Shown here: positions 10,778 through 24,552 of the stretch, in pieces
Position numbering within the stretch: position 1 is the first letter of the stretch
How the letters are laid out: each line of letters opens with the position of its first letter
DNA from: Phyllobates terribilis
Lineage: Eukaryota
Direction: 5' to 3'
NCBI RefSeq assembly: GCF_046119375.1
Contig: NW_027362761.1
Location: forward strand, 890,382,001-890,446,000
Length of the DNA stretch: 64,000 nucleotides
Made by a program: the position numbers and the translations under genes
Notes under the pieces: model-generated
Database searches by the model: none
Seen by the model: the letters and a program-made list of their open reading frames with translations, nothing else
Told to the model about the DNA's origin: nothing

Positions 10778-13572
10778 ATGGGAGGAAGAGAAACCAATCA
10801 CAAACTAAAATGTTTTTATACAAATGCACAAAGCATTGGCAACAAACAAGGAGAATTGGAACTACTAATGCAGGAAAAGGAATATGATGTCATTGGAGTC
10901 ACTGAAACTTGGTGGGACGATACACATGTTTGGAATAAAAGGCTAAAAGGATACAACTTATTTGCAAGAAACAGACTTGATAAACGAGGAGGAGGTGTTG
11001 CATTGTATGTTAGAAAAGCGTATATCTGCACAGAGATTGAATCTTCAGAGACTGGGAGTTCTGTGGAAACTGTTTGGGTAAGAATACAAGGAGAGAACAA
11101 CGGAAAGGACACCATTGTAGGCATTTACTACAGGCCACCTGGGCAAGCTGAAGATATGGATGAACTCTTTATGTATCAAATGACCAAGTTCTCCAAAAAA
11201 TATGACGTAGTGGTCATGGGAGATTTGAACTATCCAGACATTTGTTGGGAATCTCTCTCAAGTAAAACTAACAGGTCAAGCAAATTCTTATCGTCTCTTG
11301 CTGACAACTTTATCTTCCAAAAGGTAGGGGAGAAAACAAGGGGATCTGCTACTTTGGATCTAATCCTTATAAACAGGGAGGAAATGGTTGAGGAGGTAAA
11401 GGTGGCTGGGACCCTAGGAGGCAGCGATCATGCTATTATAGAATTTTGGATAACTAGAGGAGGAAGACATGTGAAGACTCAAACTTCAAGGTTAGATTTT
11501 AGAAAGGCAGATTTTAAGAGACTCAGAAAGAGAATAGGAGGGATCCAATGGCTGGATGTCCTTAAGGACAAAAATGTCCAGGAAGGATGGGAAATTTTTA
11601 AAAATGAGATTCTCAAAGCACAATCGCTAACAATCCTGAAAAGTAGGAAGAATGGGAAGCATTTAAGGAAACCAGGATGGATGAACACAGAACTTAAACA
11701 CATGCTAAAAAGAAAGAAAGAAATGTTTATTAAATGGAAAGAGGGAGGCATATCTAAAGAAGATTATAATGCAGTCTGCAGATCCTGCAGGGCACGTATC
11801 AGGTTAGCTAAAGCTGACAATGAATTAAGGCTTGCAAGAGATGTCAAAAGCAATAAAAAAGGATTTTGGGGGTATGTCAAAAGTAAAAGAAAAGAAAAGT
11901 CAAAGATGCTATAGGATTTTTACAGGATGAAAATGGAGAAATGGTAAGAGAGGATGTTGAGAAGGCCGAACTTTTTAATTCCTATTTTGCATCTGTTTTC
12001 TCTCAGAAAGAAAATGTAACATCAACTGATCTTCACTGTCCTTTTAAAGGAATAGAGGAATCCAAGTTATCTGTAAACAGAAAGATTGTGAGGGAATATT
12101 TAGCTAACATAAATGAGTTCAAGTCTCCAGGTCCAGATGAATTACACCCCAGAGTACTGAAGGAGATCGTAGAAGAAATTTTAGAACCACTCTCCATAAT
12201 CTTTGAAAATTCTTGGAGAACAGGAGAAGTCCCAGAAGACTGGAGAAGAGCAAATGTTCTTCCTATCTTCAAAAAGGGGAAGAAGGTGGACCCAGGGAAC
12301 TATAGGCCGGTGAGTCTGACTTCTATACCAGGAAAGATCTTTGAACAAATTATTAAACAACATGTATGTAAGTACATGGATAAGAATGAAGTGATTAACC
12401 AGAGTCAGCATGGGTTTGTAACTAACAAGTCATGTCAGACTAACTTAATTTCCTTCTATGACAGAATCACTGACTGGGTGGATCAGGGAAATGCTGTAGA
12501 TATAGTATATCTTGACTTCAGCAAAGCATTTGACAAAGTATCTCACACCATCCTTATTGAAAAAATGACCAAGTATGCAATGGACCAGGCAACTGTTAGG
12601 TGGATTCATAACTGGCTTAGTGATCGGACTCAAAGGGTGGTTGTAAATGGCTTCACATCCAGCTGGATGAATGTCTCAAGTGGGGTGCCACAGGGCTCCG
12701 TCCTGGGACCTGTATTGTTCAACATCTTTATCAATAATTTAGATGAAGGAATTGAGGGTAAACTGATTAAATTTGCTGATGACACAAAGCTAGGAGGGAT
12801 AGCTAATACTAGAGAAGAGAGAGAGAGGATTCCAAAAGACCTAAATAAACTGGAGCAGTGGGCAGCAACCAACAGAATGGTTTTTAACAGGGAAAAATGC
12901 AAAGTACTACATCTGGGCAATAAAAATGAAAAAAGCATATACAGAATGGGAGGAATAGAGCTAAGCAACAGTACATGTGAAAAAGACTTAGGTATACTAA
13001 TAGATCATAGACTGAACATGAGTCAACAGTGTGATGCAGCAGCAAAAAAGGCAAATACAATTCTGGGATGTATTAACAGAAGCATACAGTCTAGATCACG
13101 TGAAGTCATTATCGGTCTTTACTCCTCTTTGGTCAGACCTCATCTGGAATACTGTGTACAGTTTTGGGCACCACATTTTAAAAAAGACATAGACAAACTG
13201 GAGCAAGTTCAGAGAAGAGCGACCAGAATGGTGACTGGTCTGCAAACCATGTCCTATGAGGAACGGTTGCAGGATTTGGGAATGTTTAGCTTGCAAAAAA
13301 GAAGACTGAGAGGAGACTTAATAGCTGTCTACAAATATGTCAAGGGCTGTCACATTGTAGAAGGATCATCTTTATTCTCATTTGCACAAGGAAAGACTAG
13401 AAGCAATGGGATGAAACGAAATGGGAGGAGACACAGATTAGATATTAGAAAAAACTTTTTGACAGTTAGGGTGATTAATGAGTGGAATAGGCTGCCACGA
13501 GAGGTGGTGAGTTCCCCTTCAATGGACGTCTTCAAACAGAGGCTGGACAGACATCTGTCTGAGATGATCTAG
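10778..13572 (+). pseudogene. CR1 ORF2 (apurinic endonuclease plus reverse transcriptase) with one frameshift
   Basis: YTNAQS, GDLNYP and GGSDH APE motifs; GVPQGSVLGP and FADD RT motifs; a 5-bp AAAGA duplication at ~11886-11895 shifts the frame. Confidence 0.95.
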
Positions 13573-13656
13573 TGAATCCTGCTTTGAGCAGGGGGTTGGA
13601 CCAGATGACCCAGGAGGTCCCTTCCAACTCTACCATTCTATGATTCTATGATTCTA

Positions 13657-14425
13657 CAGTATTCACAAAATCTTACGAATAATGGTCTGATTGTCTTGTA
13701 AAATCAACAAGGACAAAACAGACCATATAGCACATGTGTCGTTTTACAAGATATAAAATCTTTAACGCACCATAAAACTGGACCTAACTGGAAGGAGGTG
13801 TCAGTCAGATGTTGAGGACAAAAAGAACATTGCCCACATTAAAAATTACCTAAAGGGATACTATTTTTAAACTAATTATCGTTCACTGATGCTATTTTGT
13901 TTTTAACCAGTAAATCTCTGAGATTTCTACTTCTTTTGTATGAAAAAAGGGTATTTGTCACTCAAGTCCTTGTCATTTTTAAGAAGATGCCAGTGTCTTC
14001 TTATTGCTGCATGGACCACATTGTCCATTTCTGTATGTTGAAAAGTGAGAGTAAATCTATCTAACCCCTCTTTGTTGAATGTTTTTTTGGGGACAATAAT
14101 TCTTTCTGTGTTTTTTGTTAACTTGTTCAATAGAGAACGGGGATATCCTCTCTCTAAAAAAGCATGTGTAAGTTCTGCCACCTGATTCTTAAATTTTGCT
14201 TCATTGTTAGTAATTCTCCTTACTCGCATCAGTTGGCTGTACGGGAGGCTTCTCCTAGTGTGGAATAGGTGGGCATTGTTGCAATGTAAAACTGAGTTAG
14301 TCGCTGTGGTTTTTTTTATGAATTTTAGTACATATCCTCCTGTCTATGATGTTGATCTTAACATCTCAAAACTCAAGCGAATCTCCTCCACAACTGGCTG
14401 TGAACTTCATGTTCTCTACAATTAA
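13657..14425 (-). mobile_element. Penelope-like element 1, upstream portion (RT C-terminus/thumb and N-terminal GIY-YIG), decayed and 5'-truncated
   Basis: Minus strand KTTATNSVLH...SLPYSQLMRVRR...FLERGYP...AIRRHWHLL and FISCKTTHVLYGLFCPC; several stops and deletions. Confidence 0.8.
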
Positions 14426-15159
14426 ATAGTTATACCATGCAAAATAGTTACTAAATAGCAATTAACTTACTCTACTTACTGTAGTATAATTTTTCAAATG
14501 TCCATTTATTTTGTTATGTGAGGCTTACAAATTTAGAAGCAAATTCTCATTTCTTACTAGTTTTTAAAGCCTACTTTTTTCAGAACAACTTCACTTTTTA
14601 AGTGACTTTGAGTTGCTTACTTATAGATCAAAAAACCTCCACATTAGAACCTATTTTAGAAACTGCTTCCCTACCTAATGTAAAGTGAAATCAAACATAA
14701 ACAATTACATTTTTTTCACTAAAATGTTGCTTAACCTTCAAGTATTTCAATTCCATAGGGGATTATAGGGGGAAATTGACCTTACAATTTATTGCAAAGT
14801 TTCTCTGAAAAGCTGCAATAGCCCATATCCTGTCAGAAGCTAATGTTTGGCCACACAGCAGGCCTTGAAAGCGAAGAAGCACAAATTTGGAGCACAAATT
14901 TGTCTAGAGTATATTGTGGGTGCCATGCCACATTTTTAGAAACACAAAGTATCAGAAAATCCACAAAACTGGCCCCATTTGTAAAACTATCAATGGATGT
15001 ATGAACATTTTAAATGCACAGGTGCTTCATAAAAATTTTACAACATAGAAAAGTTAAAAGGAAAAATGTAATTTCTCCTATTATAACATAAAGTGATGCA
15101 GTCCTAAGTTTTCCAGTTATATATTTTAGACTCCAACTAAGATGAATGTGATGGTTTAA

Positions 15160-18073
15160 CCCCTTCAGTACCTTTGACGTACATGTACATCAAAGGTAGT
15201 ATCCCTGCCTTTGATGTGGGCTCACTGGGCCCACATCTTTCCCGCACGTATGTCTGATTTAATCAGCCATCAAGTGCCTCTAACAGCCGTGGGCAGAGCA
15301 GTGTTCTGCCTGTGGCTGTTAACTACGGATGGGCCGATCCGTGGATGTTCGGGTCAATCGGGATTGGCAAAACTGGCTTGGGTACCAGAACGGTACCTGA
15401 ACTTGATCCCGAACCAGAATGGGGGGCCCAAACATGGTCCAAACCAATGGTTCCTGTGCTTTCATTCATGTGACAGAGTGGGAAACATTGGATCTGATTG
15501 GAGGTAACCTTAGGCACTCGGCACTCCGACACTCATTAGTCCGGCACTCGCCTTGCCTTCATGTGAACTGGTCGCTGTGAACAGAGGTGACATCAGTGAG
15601 GTTATCTCAGTTTACAGCGACTCTGCCCTCGTGAAAACCGGCCACTGTGAACTGAGATAACCTTACTGACGTCACCTCAGTTCATAGCAGCCAGGTCTCG
15701 GGGAGCACAGCGTGAGACCTGGCAGTGGCTGCTGCTTCAGTCTATGAAGCTGTGCTTTTTGAACGGAGTTCCATAGACTGGATGAAGAAGACTGGGATTG
15801 TCGTGGGACCTCCATATTATGGATTACGTTGGACCTTGTGGATTATTATTTTTTTTATTTATTTTTTAATAAATGAGGGAAAGAAGGAAATTGTTGGGGA
15901 GTTTCTTTTAAAATACTTTTTTCTGTGTGTTTTCTCTTTTTGCTTACTGGATTAGTAATGGGGGTGTCTTATAGATGCCTCTCTATTACTAACCTGTGGC
16001 CTTCATGTCAGCAGACATTACACAGCTGACATAAACCTCACAGTCTCATTACCCTGATTCCCATCTCTCCAGTGCAATAGGGAAGAGCTGAGGCGAAGTG
16101 CCATAATTGGCGAATCTAATGGATGCATCATTTCTGGGGTGGCTGTGGGCTTGTCCTATTAGGCTAGGAAGGGGACAATATCAATGTCCCTTCCCAGTTT
16201 ATTAATATCAGCCCCCAGCTGTCTGTTTTGCCTTAGCTGGTCATTAAAATAGGGGGAACCCACATTTTTTTTAGGGTTCCCCCATTTTTAATAACCAGCA
16301 AAGCAAAGCAAACAGCTGGAGGCTGATATTAATAGATTGAGAAGGTCCATGGATATTGACTCCTTCCCAGAATAAGACCAGCTCACAGCTGTCTGCTTTC
16401 CCTTGGCTGGTTATTAAAAATAGGGGTGAACCCAAGTCCTTTTTCTGATTTACTTATTAGTATTTTTCATTAATTTATTAGTAATAAAGAAATTAGTAAA
16501 CTGATGTGGGGTCCCCCCTATTTTTGATAACCAGCCAAGATAAAGCAGACAGCTGGGGGCTGGTATTCTCAGGCTGGGAATGTCCATGAATATTTAGCCC
16601 TCCCCAGCCTAAAAATAGCAGCCCGCAGCCACCCAAAAATAGGCATATGCATTAGATGCGCCAATTCTGGAACTTTGCGTGGCTCTTCCCACTGGCCCTG
16701 GTGTGTTGGCAAGCAGGGTAATATTTTGGGGTTGAAGTCAGCTGTGTAATGTCCGTTGACATCAAGCCCAGAGGTTAGTAATGGGGCAGTGTTTATCAGA
16801 CACCCCCATTATTAACCCTGTAAGTGAGTAGTTAAAAAAACACAGACATGCAGAAAAAAATACCTTATTTGAATAAAGACTCCCCCACTCCCTCGTTTAC
16901 CCATTTATTAATTAAAAATAAAATCCAGGCAGTTCCGACGGTAATCCAATAGTGAAATGTCCCACGACGCCCATCGAATCCTATGGAGTCTCGTTCTGAA
17001 AAAGTTCTCAGAAGGAGACTTCATAGTTCACTTACGGTCAGCGACAGGCACGGATTTTCTCATAGCCCTGCCTGCCGCTGATCATGAGTAACCTTATTGA
17101 GCCTCACTCTAAGAATGTTCTGATAACCAGCCAAGATAAAGCAGACAGCTGAGAGCTGCAGCCCGCAGCTGTCTGCTTTATCAGTGCTTGTTATCAAAAA
17201 TAGAGGCAACCCCACATATTTTTTTGCGTTTATTTTATGTTTTTTATACACTTTGCCAGCCAATCACAGCCATGTCAATACTTGGTATGGCTGTGATGGG
17301 GCCAGAAGTTCCCACACCGTAAAAGCTTGTTGATTGGCTATGCGTCATTCATCCCTGCCCATTGGTGCCCCAGTGTTGAAGCCCGGCTATGTATAGCACA
17401 GGAAATTGGAAAATTGCAGCTCCAAAGGGGACTATTAAACACAGTAAAAAGTAAAAAAAATGTTCTTCAAATCACCCCCTTTTGCCCCAATAAAAATAAA
17501 AAAACATATTTGGTATTGCTGCACTCTTAAAAGCCTAATCTCTCAAACGGCAATCAAAATATTGGACCTACCCTCAAAGGGTATCAATAAAAACATCAGC
17601 TCAGGGTGCACAAAATAAGCCCTCACCCAGCCCCACGTCCCAAAAAAAGAAAACGTTATGGATCTCGGAAAATGGATACAAAAACAAAAATTTTTTTTTC
17701 ACAAATTTCCAAATTATTTTTCATCACCTAAATAAAACAAACTATACATGTTTGGTATCTGCATACTCATACTGAGCTAGGGAATCATATTGCCAGGTCA
17801 GTTTTACCATATAGTGAACATGGTAAATAAAAAACCCAAAAAACAATTGTGGAATTGCACTTTTTTTGAAATTTCAATGCACTTGGAATTTTTTCCCATT
17901 TTCCAGTACACTATATGGTAAAATTAATGGTGTTGTTCAAAAGTACATCTCGTCCCGCAAAAAACAAGTCCTCGTACGGCTATATGGCCAGAAAAAAAAA
18001 TGTTACGACTCTGGGAAGAAGGGGAGGAAAAAAACAAAACGAAAAAACAGAAAATTGACGGGTAGTGAAGGGG
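15160..18073. mobile_element. Non-autonomous piggyBac-like element with nested, internally palindromic repeats
   Basis: TTAA|CCCCTTCA...TGAAGGGG|TTAA; large imperfect inverted repeat at ~15950-16830; no transposase ORF. Confidence 0.65.
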
Positions 18074-19522
18074 TTAATATTTATAAACAATTTTTTAGAA
18101 GGTTATTTACCTCTTAATGCAATGTGATGCAAACATAAGATTTATATTAGTAAGGGATGTTTACAGTATAAAATCTTGCTAGAAACCAGTCAAGCAGGAA
18201 AATTTCAATGGAGAATACTGTAGAATATTTCTGGGTAAATAAAGAAGCAATGTTAGGATGCATTTACATTGGTTTACTGACTGTCATATAAAAGACCTCT
18301 GATCGGGTACATGCATGCCAATCAACAGTTGTTTAACATCTTGTTTAAACAGGCCAAATGCAGTTACATGGATACAGAATGATCATTAATACAAGTATTG
18401 TGTGCACATAAAATTATTGTTCTCAGAATCACATGCCTTGTTTCCACAGAATGATGTGCTGCCAAAAATGATGATTTTCAATCAAATTTAAAAATCATTT
18501 CACTTAACGAACAAGCTTTTAAATGAGCTGTCATTACATATTTTAGGTATAAGCATGCACCTAAATCAGTATTAATAGAAACAGATTCACTTTTACAAAA
18601 ATATCCCATTTTAGTTACTTTAAAAAGATACATGATCATTTTTAAAGAGAACTTAACTTGTCAGCCGATTCATGCTGCCCAAACCAAGGAATTTCATGTT
18701 TCACTTTTGCTCATTTTAATTATTTTTTCTTCTAAAATAGCAGATGATTAACCTACAAAGTTTGTACATAGCCACCCAAAACCCCAGAGGACACCGAAAA
18801 AAAACATTTATAATTTGTATTAAACAGTAAATTAAAACTAAAATGATTATTATTAGTTACAGCTCAGAGAATCCATTCAGAGAACACTGATCCACAGGCC
18901 ATATCAGTAGTCCGTGGCCCCCAGACTGACGTCATGAGGACCACCTCTTACATGCTGGAATCCCAAGCGCTTCTTCTGTTTTTTTTGGCCCATATCTTTG
19001 TTGCAGCCTGATACATGTCTGATGATGCACTGGGCCACTTAATCAGAGGAGGTAGCAGGGATTCTAGCAGATAGGCAGCGATTCCCAGAGTGTGAGGTCC
19101 AGTGGCCAGGGACTATTAATGTGGTTACTGGACCAGGATTCAGGGTTCACCGAAACAATTAACTCATCTCTACTGGCCAGGCTCGTTTGGCCCTTCATTT
19201 CAAGCAGATTACATACTGTATAAAATATTACAGATGCAAAGAATTATTCTAAGTGACTTACGAAAGTGTGCATAAATAAAAGGTGAAAAAATTGCATAAA
19301 CAGAGTATGCAAATCTAGTACCAGATCTATACAGATCTATGCAGCTAAACTCTCTTAAAGGCAATATTTCTACAAGACAATAATGCTGTACTTGCTGCAT
19401 CTGGATTTTTTTTCTCTATTGGAGTTAAAAAGAATGCAACAGAAACAAAATTGTTATGTCTTAGCATGAAATTGAAGGCATATAACAATAAAGTCCCTTC
19501 ACCTCAATGGGAGTTCCATTAA

Positions 19523-19697
19523 AGGGAATGTGTTATCAGAAAATGACAAACTGTTAAAATCAGGTTATTGTGTTAATTGTAATTTTACAACTATTTTGGT
19601 ATATGTACTGTATATTTCAAAATAGTTTTAAAATTACAATTAACACAAATGCCTGATTTGAACAGTTTGTCATTTTCTGATAACATAATATCTAACT
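19523..19697. mobile_element. Fold-back MITE (T2/Kolobok-like left end)
   Basis: TTAA|AGGGAA start; arms GTTATCAGAAAATGACAAACTGTT and AACAGTTTGTCATTTTCTGATAAC. Confidence 0.65.
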
Positions 19698-20305
19698 TCT
19701 GATAACAGTGTAATATATATTACATTGTGTATAAAAAAACGAAATCTTACAATCAGGGCCGGCGTCAGGGCGGGGCAGACTAGGCATCTTGGGGGCCCTC
19801 AATGTCTACAGCAGAAGCCTCACTGATAGAGAGAGATTGGTTGAGGACCTGTAGTGACATCACGATCATGTGACCTGTGATGTGACCGTGATGTCACCAC
19901 AGGCCTTGCACTCTGGGGAACTTCAGAACCTTGGGTGAGGGCCTGGCATTAAGAGAGGAGGAGCATGCAGTGAAGGATAGGAACACTGGCCACTGAATCT
20001 CCTCAATCAGAGGGATAGAAGCACATATTGGCCAGTGCTCCTGTCCTCCTGCACAGAGCCTGAGGGGAGGGAGAGCCAGAGATACAGCACCTACTGAGCT
20101 GATGAGCTGAAAGGATAAGAAGTATGAAGTTGAAATAGTGCCAATGACCAGCGTAAAAATTGTAAGCATGGCTGGTTTTAGACAAAGTGGGACCCTAGGC
20201 TCGCACATTGCGCCATCACACTTAAACATTTTGGCTGTATTTACGTGCACTGAGTACAGGCCCATTAAACGAGCGTGATCGACAATATTGAAGTCATTCG
20301 GTGCT

Positions 20306-21321
20306 TGTGACGCGCCCCCTGGGCCGTGGGGTACTCGTTAGCCGGGCCGGTCGATGCTGGGGGATATCACAGTGGTGGTGACCCAGACGTGACCCAGGGC
20401 GGTCAATAAAAGGGGTTTTAAAGAAAAGGGAATAGAGTTTCTATATATAATGTTCGTGACGCCACCTGTGGTATGCGGCTATATGGAGCCGCCGCTGCGG
20501 TGCGCATCCTCTGTAGCTGATGATGATGGAGCAGAGTTGGTTCAGCTCTCCACAGGCAGAGCTTAGCTCCAGGGCAGGAAATGGTGACGTTATAGATGTT
20601 GCTGTGCAGTGTAGTGCAGGGGATGGCGCAGTTAATAATCAGTCCACAACTTAATGGCGGTTTCCTCTTATCTTTACTTGTGGTGGTTAGGCAGACCGGG
20701 GCACGGGTACTAGCTGGTAGTAGAGGTCCGGGCAGCCTGGAAGCAAGTTGGGAATCCACCTCGCCAGGTGAAGTTGGAGGCCTTCCCTTTGCGCTAATCT
20801 CTTTGGCCCTGCTGCTTATAGCTGTGCTGTGGCCCTCGTCCCTGAGTAAAACGTCTTTGTGCTCACCTGTATGGCAGGCAGCTTGGGCCTTCCTGGAGTG
20901 TCGCTCCCACATGGCGGTGATGGGCCCTATGTGCTGCTGAGCTTCCGGGCGTCTGATGGGGCCAGGAGACCTGCAGTCGCCAGCCCTCCGGTTTCTGCTG
21001 CTGGGCTTTCAGTGCTCCACAACCTCAGACTCCGGTGTCTGGTTCTTCTACGCTCCTCTCTGGGGTGAACTGCCATGCAGCTCCACTCCCCAGGTCTTTC
21101 CTCGTCGCTGTCCTGTCTTCAACTCCTCTCAACTCACTCTAACTAACCCCGCCTTAGATTCCAGTTGCTAAGGGGAGGAGCTCCCCTTGCTGGTCTGGAG
21201 CCAGGAAAGTGTTGCATGCTAGTATACCTGACTAGGGGACCTCTGCTTGCTTCCAGGCATGGCATCACCCCTTGTGAGGGAGGCAATGCCACTGTGGCAA
21301 CCGGACTCCTGGGGTGCCACA
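20306..21321. mobile_element. Probable solo LTR (~1 kb)
   Basis: TGTGAC...GCCACA termini, GC-rich, CTTG at 20304-20307 and 21322-21325 (left boundary ambiguous by 2 bp). Confidence 0.6.
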
Positions 21322-21837
21322 CTTGTTTCCTGGCTGCTTTACACCGGCTGAGAAAGGATGATGGGGACAGAACAATCACCAATAGATCAATCCCCATACA
21401 TATAATGTTCTCAGCAGTACATCTGCAGATTACACCAGGCGATGTGCTGCTGTGAACAATGATTTTTGTTCTGGCATAAACAATCCAATCACCTGATGAA
21501 TGAGCAGCATTTTGCTCGTTCGTTGGGCGATTGCCGACACGTTTACACCTATGAGCTCTCATCTGCACTGCCAGGATTTATAAATGTGGATGTCACACAC
21601 ACACAGTGTCACATACTGTGTGTCACATCATGCCACTGTGTCTATACCTGGCCATCTACATACACTATTTACATATATACAAGTTAGAATAATTCAATAA
21701 AATATATAAACATACACACATGTACACGGCAAACACACATACACAGTGCACACACGTACATTGCACACACTTGTACACACATACACACACACACATGTAC
21801 AGGGCACACACAGCCCACACTTGTACACACACACGTA

Positions 21838-23485
21838 CAGTTATATGAAAAAGTTTGGGCACCCCTATTAATCTTAAGCTTAATGTTTTATAAAAATTGG
21901 TGTTTTTGCAGCAGCTCTTTCAGTTTGATATATGTAATAACTGTTGGACACAGTAATGTTTCTGCCTTGAAATGAGGTTTATTGTACTAACAGAAAATGT
22001 GCAATCTGCATTCAAACAAAATTTGACAGGTGCATAAGTATGGGCACCTCACCAGAAAAGTGACATTAATATTTAGTAGATCCTCCTTTTGCGATAATAA
22101 CAGCCTCTAGTCGCTTCCTGTAGCTTTTAATGATTTCCTGGATCCTCGATGAAGGTATTTTTGACCATTCCTCTTTACAAAACAATTCCAGTTCAGTTAA
22201 GTTTGATGGTCGCTGAGCATGGACAGCCCTCTTCAAATGATCCCACAGATGTTCAATGATATTCAGGTCTGGGGACTGGGATGCCATTCCAGAACATTGT
22301 AATTGTTCCTCTGCATGAATGCCTGAGTAGATTTGGAGCGGTGTTTTGGATCATTGTCTTGGTGAAAGATCCATCCCCTGCGTAACTTCAACTTTATCAC
22401 TGATTCTTGAACATTATTGTCAAGAATCTGCTGATACTGAGTGGAATCCATGCGTCCCTCAACTTCAACAAGATTCCCGGTGCCGGCATTGGCCACACAG
22501 CCCCAAAGCATGATGGAACCTCCACCAAATTTTACTGTGGGTAGCAAGTGTTTTTCTTGGAATGCTGTGTTTTTTGCCGCCATGCATAATGCCTTTTTGT
22601 ATGACCAAACAACTCAATCTTGGTTTCATCAGTCCACAGGACCTTCTTCCAAAAAGAAATTGGCTTCTCCAAATGTGCTTTTGCATACCTCAGCCGACTC
22701 GGTTTGTGGCGTGCTTGCAGAAACGGCTTCTTTCGCATCACTCTCCCATACAGCTTCTCCTTGTGCAAAGTGCGTTGTATAGTTGACCGATGCACAGTGA
22801 CACCATCTGCAGCAAGTTGATGCTGCAGCTCTCTGGAGGTGGTCTGAGGATTGTCCTTGACTGATCTCACCATTCTTCTTCTCTGCCTTTCTGATGTTTT
22901 TCTTGGCCTGCCACTTCTGGCCTTAACAAGAACTGTCCATGTGTTCTTCCATTTCCTTACTATGTTCCTCACAGTGGAAACTGACAGGTTAAATCTCTGA
23001 GACAGCTTTTTGTATCCTTCCCCTGAACAACTATGTTGAATAATCTTTATTTTCAGATCATTTGACAGTTGTTTTGAGGAGCCCATGATGCCACTCTTCA
23101 GAGGAGATTCAAACAGGAGAACAACTTGCAAGTGGCCACTTTAAGTAGCTTTTCTCATGATTGCATACACCTGGCTCTGAAGTTCAAAGCTCAATGAGGT
23201 TACAAAACCAAAAAAAGTGCTTTAGTAAGTCAGTAAAAAGTAGGTAGGAGTATTTAAAACAAGAAAATGATAAGGGTGCCCATACTTATGCACCTGTCAA
23301 ATTTTGTTTGAATGCAGATTGCACATTTTCTGTTAGTACAATAAACCTCATTTCAAGGCAGAAACATTACTGTGTCCAACAGTTATTACATATATCAAAC
23401 TGAAATAGCTGTTGCAAAAACACCAATTTTTATAAAATATTAAGCTTAAGATTAATAGGGGTGCCCAAACTTTTTCATATAACTG
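21838..23485 (-). mobile_element. Tc1 (DD34E) transposon with ~200-bp TIRs; transposase (23086 to 22066) frameshifted
   Basis: TA flanks, TIR CAGTTATATGAAAAAGTTTGGGCACCCC at both ends; same family as 39840-41489. Confidence 0.95.
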
Positions 23486-23509
23486 TATATATATGTACAT
23501 AGCACACAC

Positions 23510-23840
23510 ATGCTGCACAACAAACAACCTCACATACACACACTGCACACACCTCACATAACAGACACTGCACACCTCACATACACACACCCCACATAAA
23601 CTCATTGCACACAACTCACATAGCAAACACTGCACAGACATCACATAACACACTGCACACACATCACATAACACACACTGCACACATCACATAACACACT
23701 GCACACACATCACATAACACACTGCACTCACATCACATAACACACTGCACACACATCACATAACACACTGCACACACATCACATAACACACTGCACTCAC
23801 ATCACATAACACACTGTACACACATCACATAACACTCAAA
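23510..23840. repeat. CA-rich 21-bp minisatellite (CACACATCACATAACACACTG)
   Basis: Direct reading. Confidence 0.85.
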
Positions 23841-24105
23841 CACATCATTGAGCTCAGTTATTGGCTGCAGTGCTGTTGACATGGTGCAGAAAATAACAGA
23901 TAGCAGCGATGGAGACTGAGCGCTGGACCAGAGAGTGAGTAAAACACGGTTTGTTTTTTTAAAACAGCCTGTGCCAAGGACAAGGGTTTTCTGTAGACAA
24001 CAAAACCCTTTCACATGATTCACTATAAAAGGCTGTAAGTATTTTAATTTATTTTTAAAGATACAGTGCTCTTGTGGTTGATGCTTTTTACACTTTTATT
24101 TTCAG

Positions 24106-24266
24106 ATGTGCATTTCAGCAAAATATCTCATCCAAGTAGAACAAAACTTTTACAGGAATACATGTGGCTTTTTCAACATAACATTTCGGCTCTTCCCGAG
24201 ACTTGTTCACATATAGTTACAGTGACAAGTGGAAAAAAGATCTCCAGGAAAAGAAACCAAAAAGCT
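24106..24266 (+). CDS. Candidate 161-bp exon, unidentified host gene
   Basis: TTTTATTTTCAG acceptor, GTAAGT donor at 24267, one frame open throughout (VHFSKISHP...RKRNQKA). No homology support. Confidence 0.25.
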
Positions 24267-24401
24267 GTAAGTATAAAGAATTCAAGCAGGTACTGCTCAC
24301 AACGTATATCAGCTCAATATGATGTGTGATCTGGTTACTAACCAGATCCACTACTAGTATACTGGAATAGAATTTCTATGACACTATAGTGTGCATATAG
24401 C

Positions 24402-24438
24402 TTCCCTGAAGAGCTTGTTATGGTGAAACATTTCGGGA
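24402..24438 (+). ncRNA. Degenerate minimal type I hammerhead-like motif
   Basis: TTCC-CTGAAGA-GC(TTGTTATG)GT-GAAA-CATT-TC-GGGA: both core boxes and a 4-bp stem I, but a weak stem II. Confidence 0.4.
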
Positions 24439-24552
24439 CACGCACATCTGAAATATAGGGCTTTCTACTACTCTACTACTAGGGTCACATGTGGACTTCC
24501 CTTGTCAGGGCGGAAGCAATGGGTTAGTGGTAGTGTGCTTAGGGCTTACTAG

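Larger units (their letters stand above)
7052..13656 (+). mobile_element. Near full-length CR1-clade LINE with a tandem-monomer 5' region
   Basis: 5' array, esterase-type ORF1, APE-RT ORF2 and 3' tail CCCTTCCAACTC...(ATTCTATG)2ATTCTA; TCTA at both junctions (7048-7051, 13653-13656). Confidence 0.95.

Noticed and set aside
18740-18830. Possible exon after a pyrimidine tract
   Set aside because: Weak donor, and phase does not fit the other candidates.
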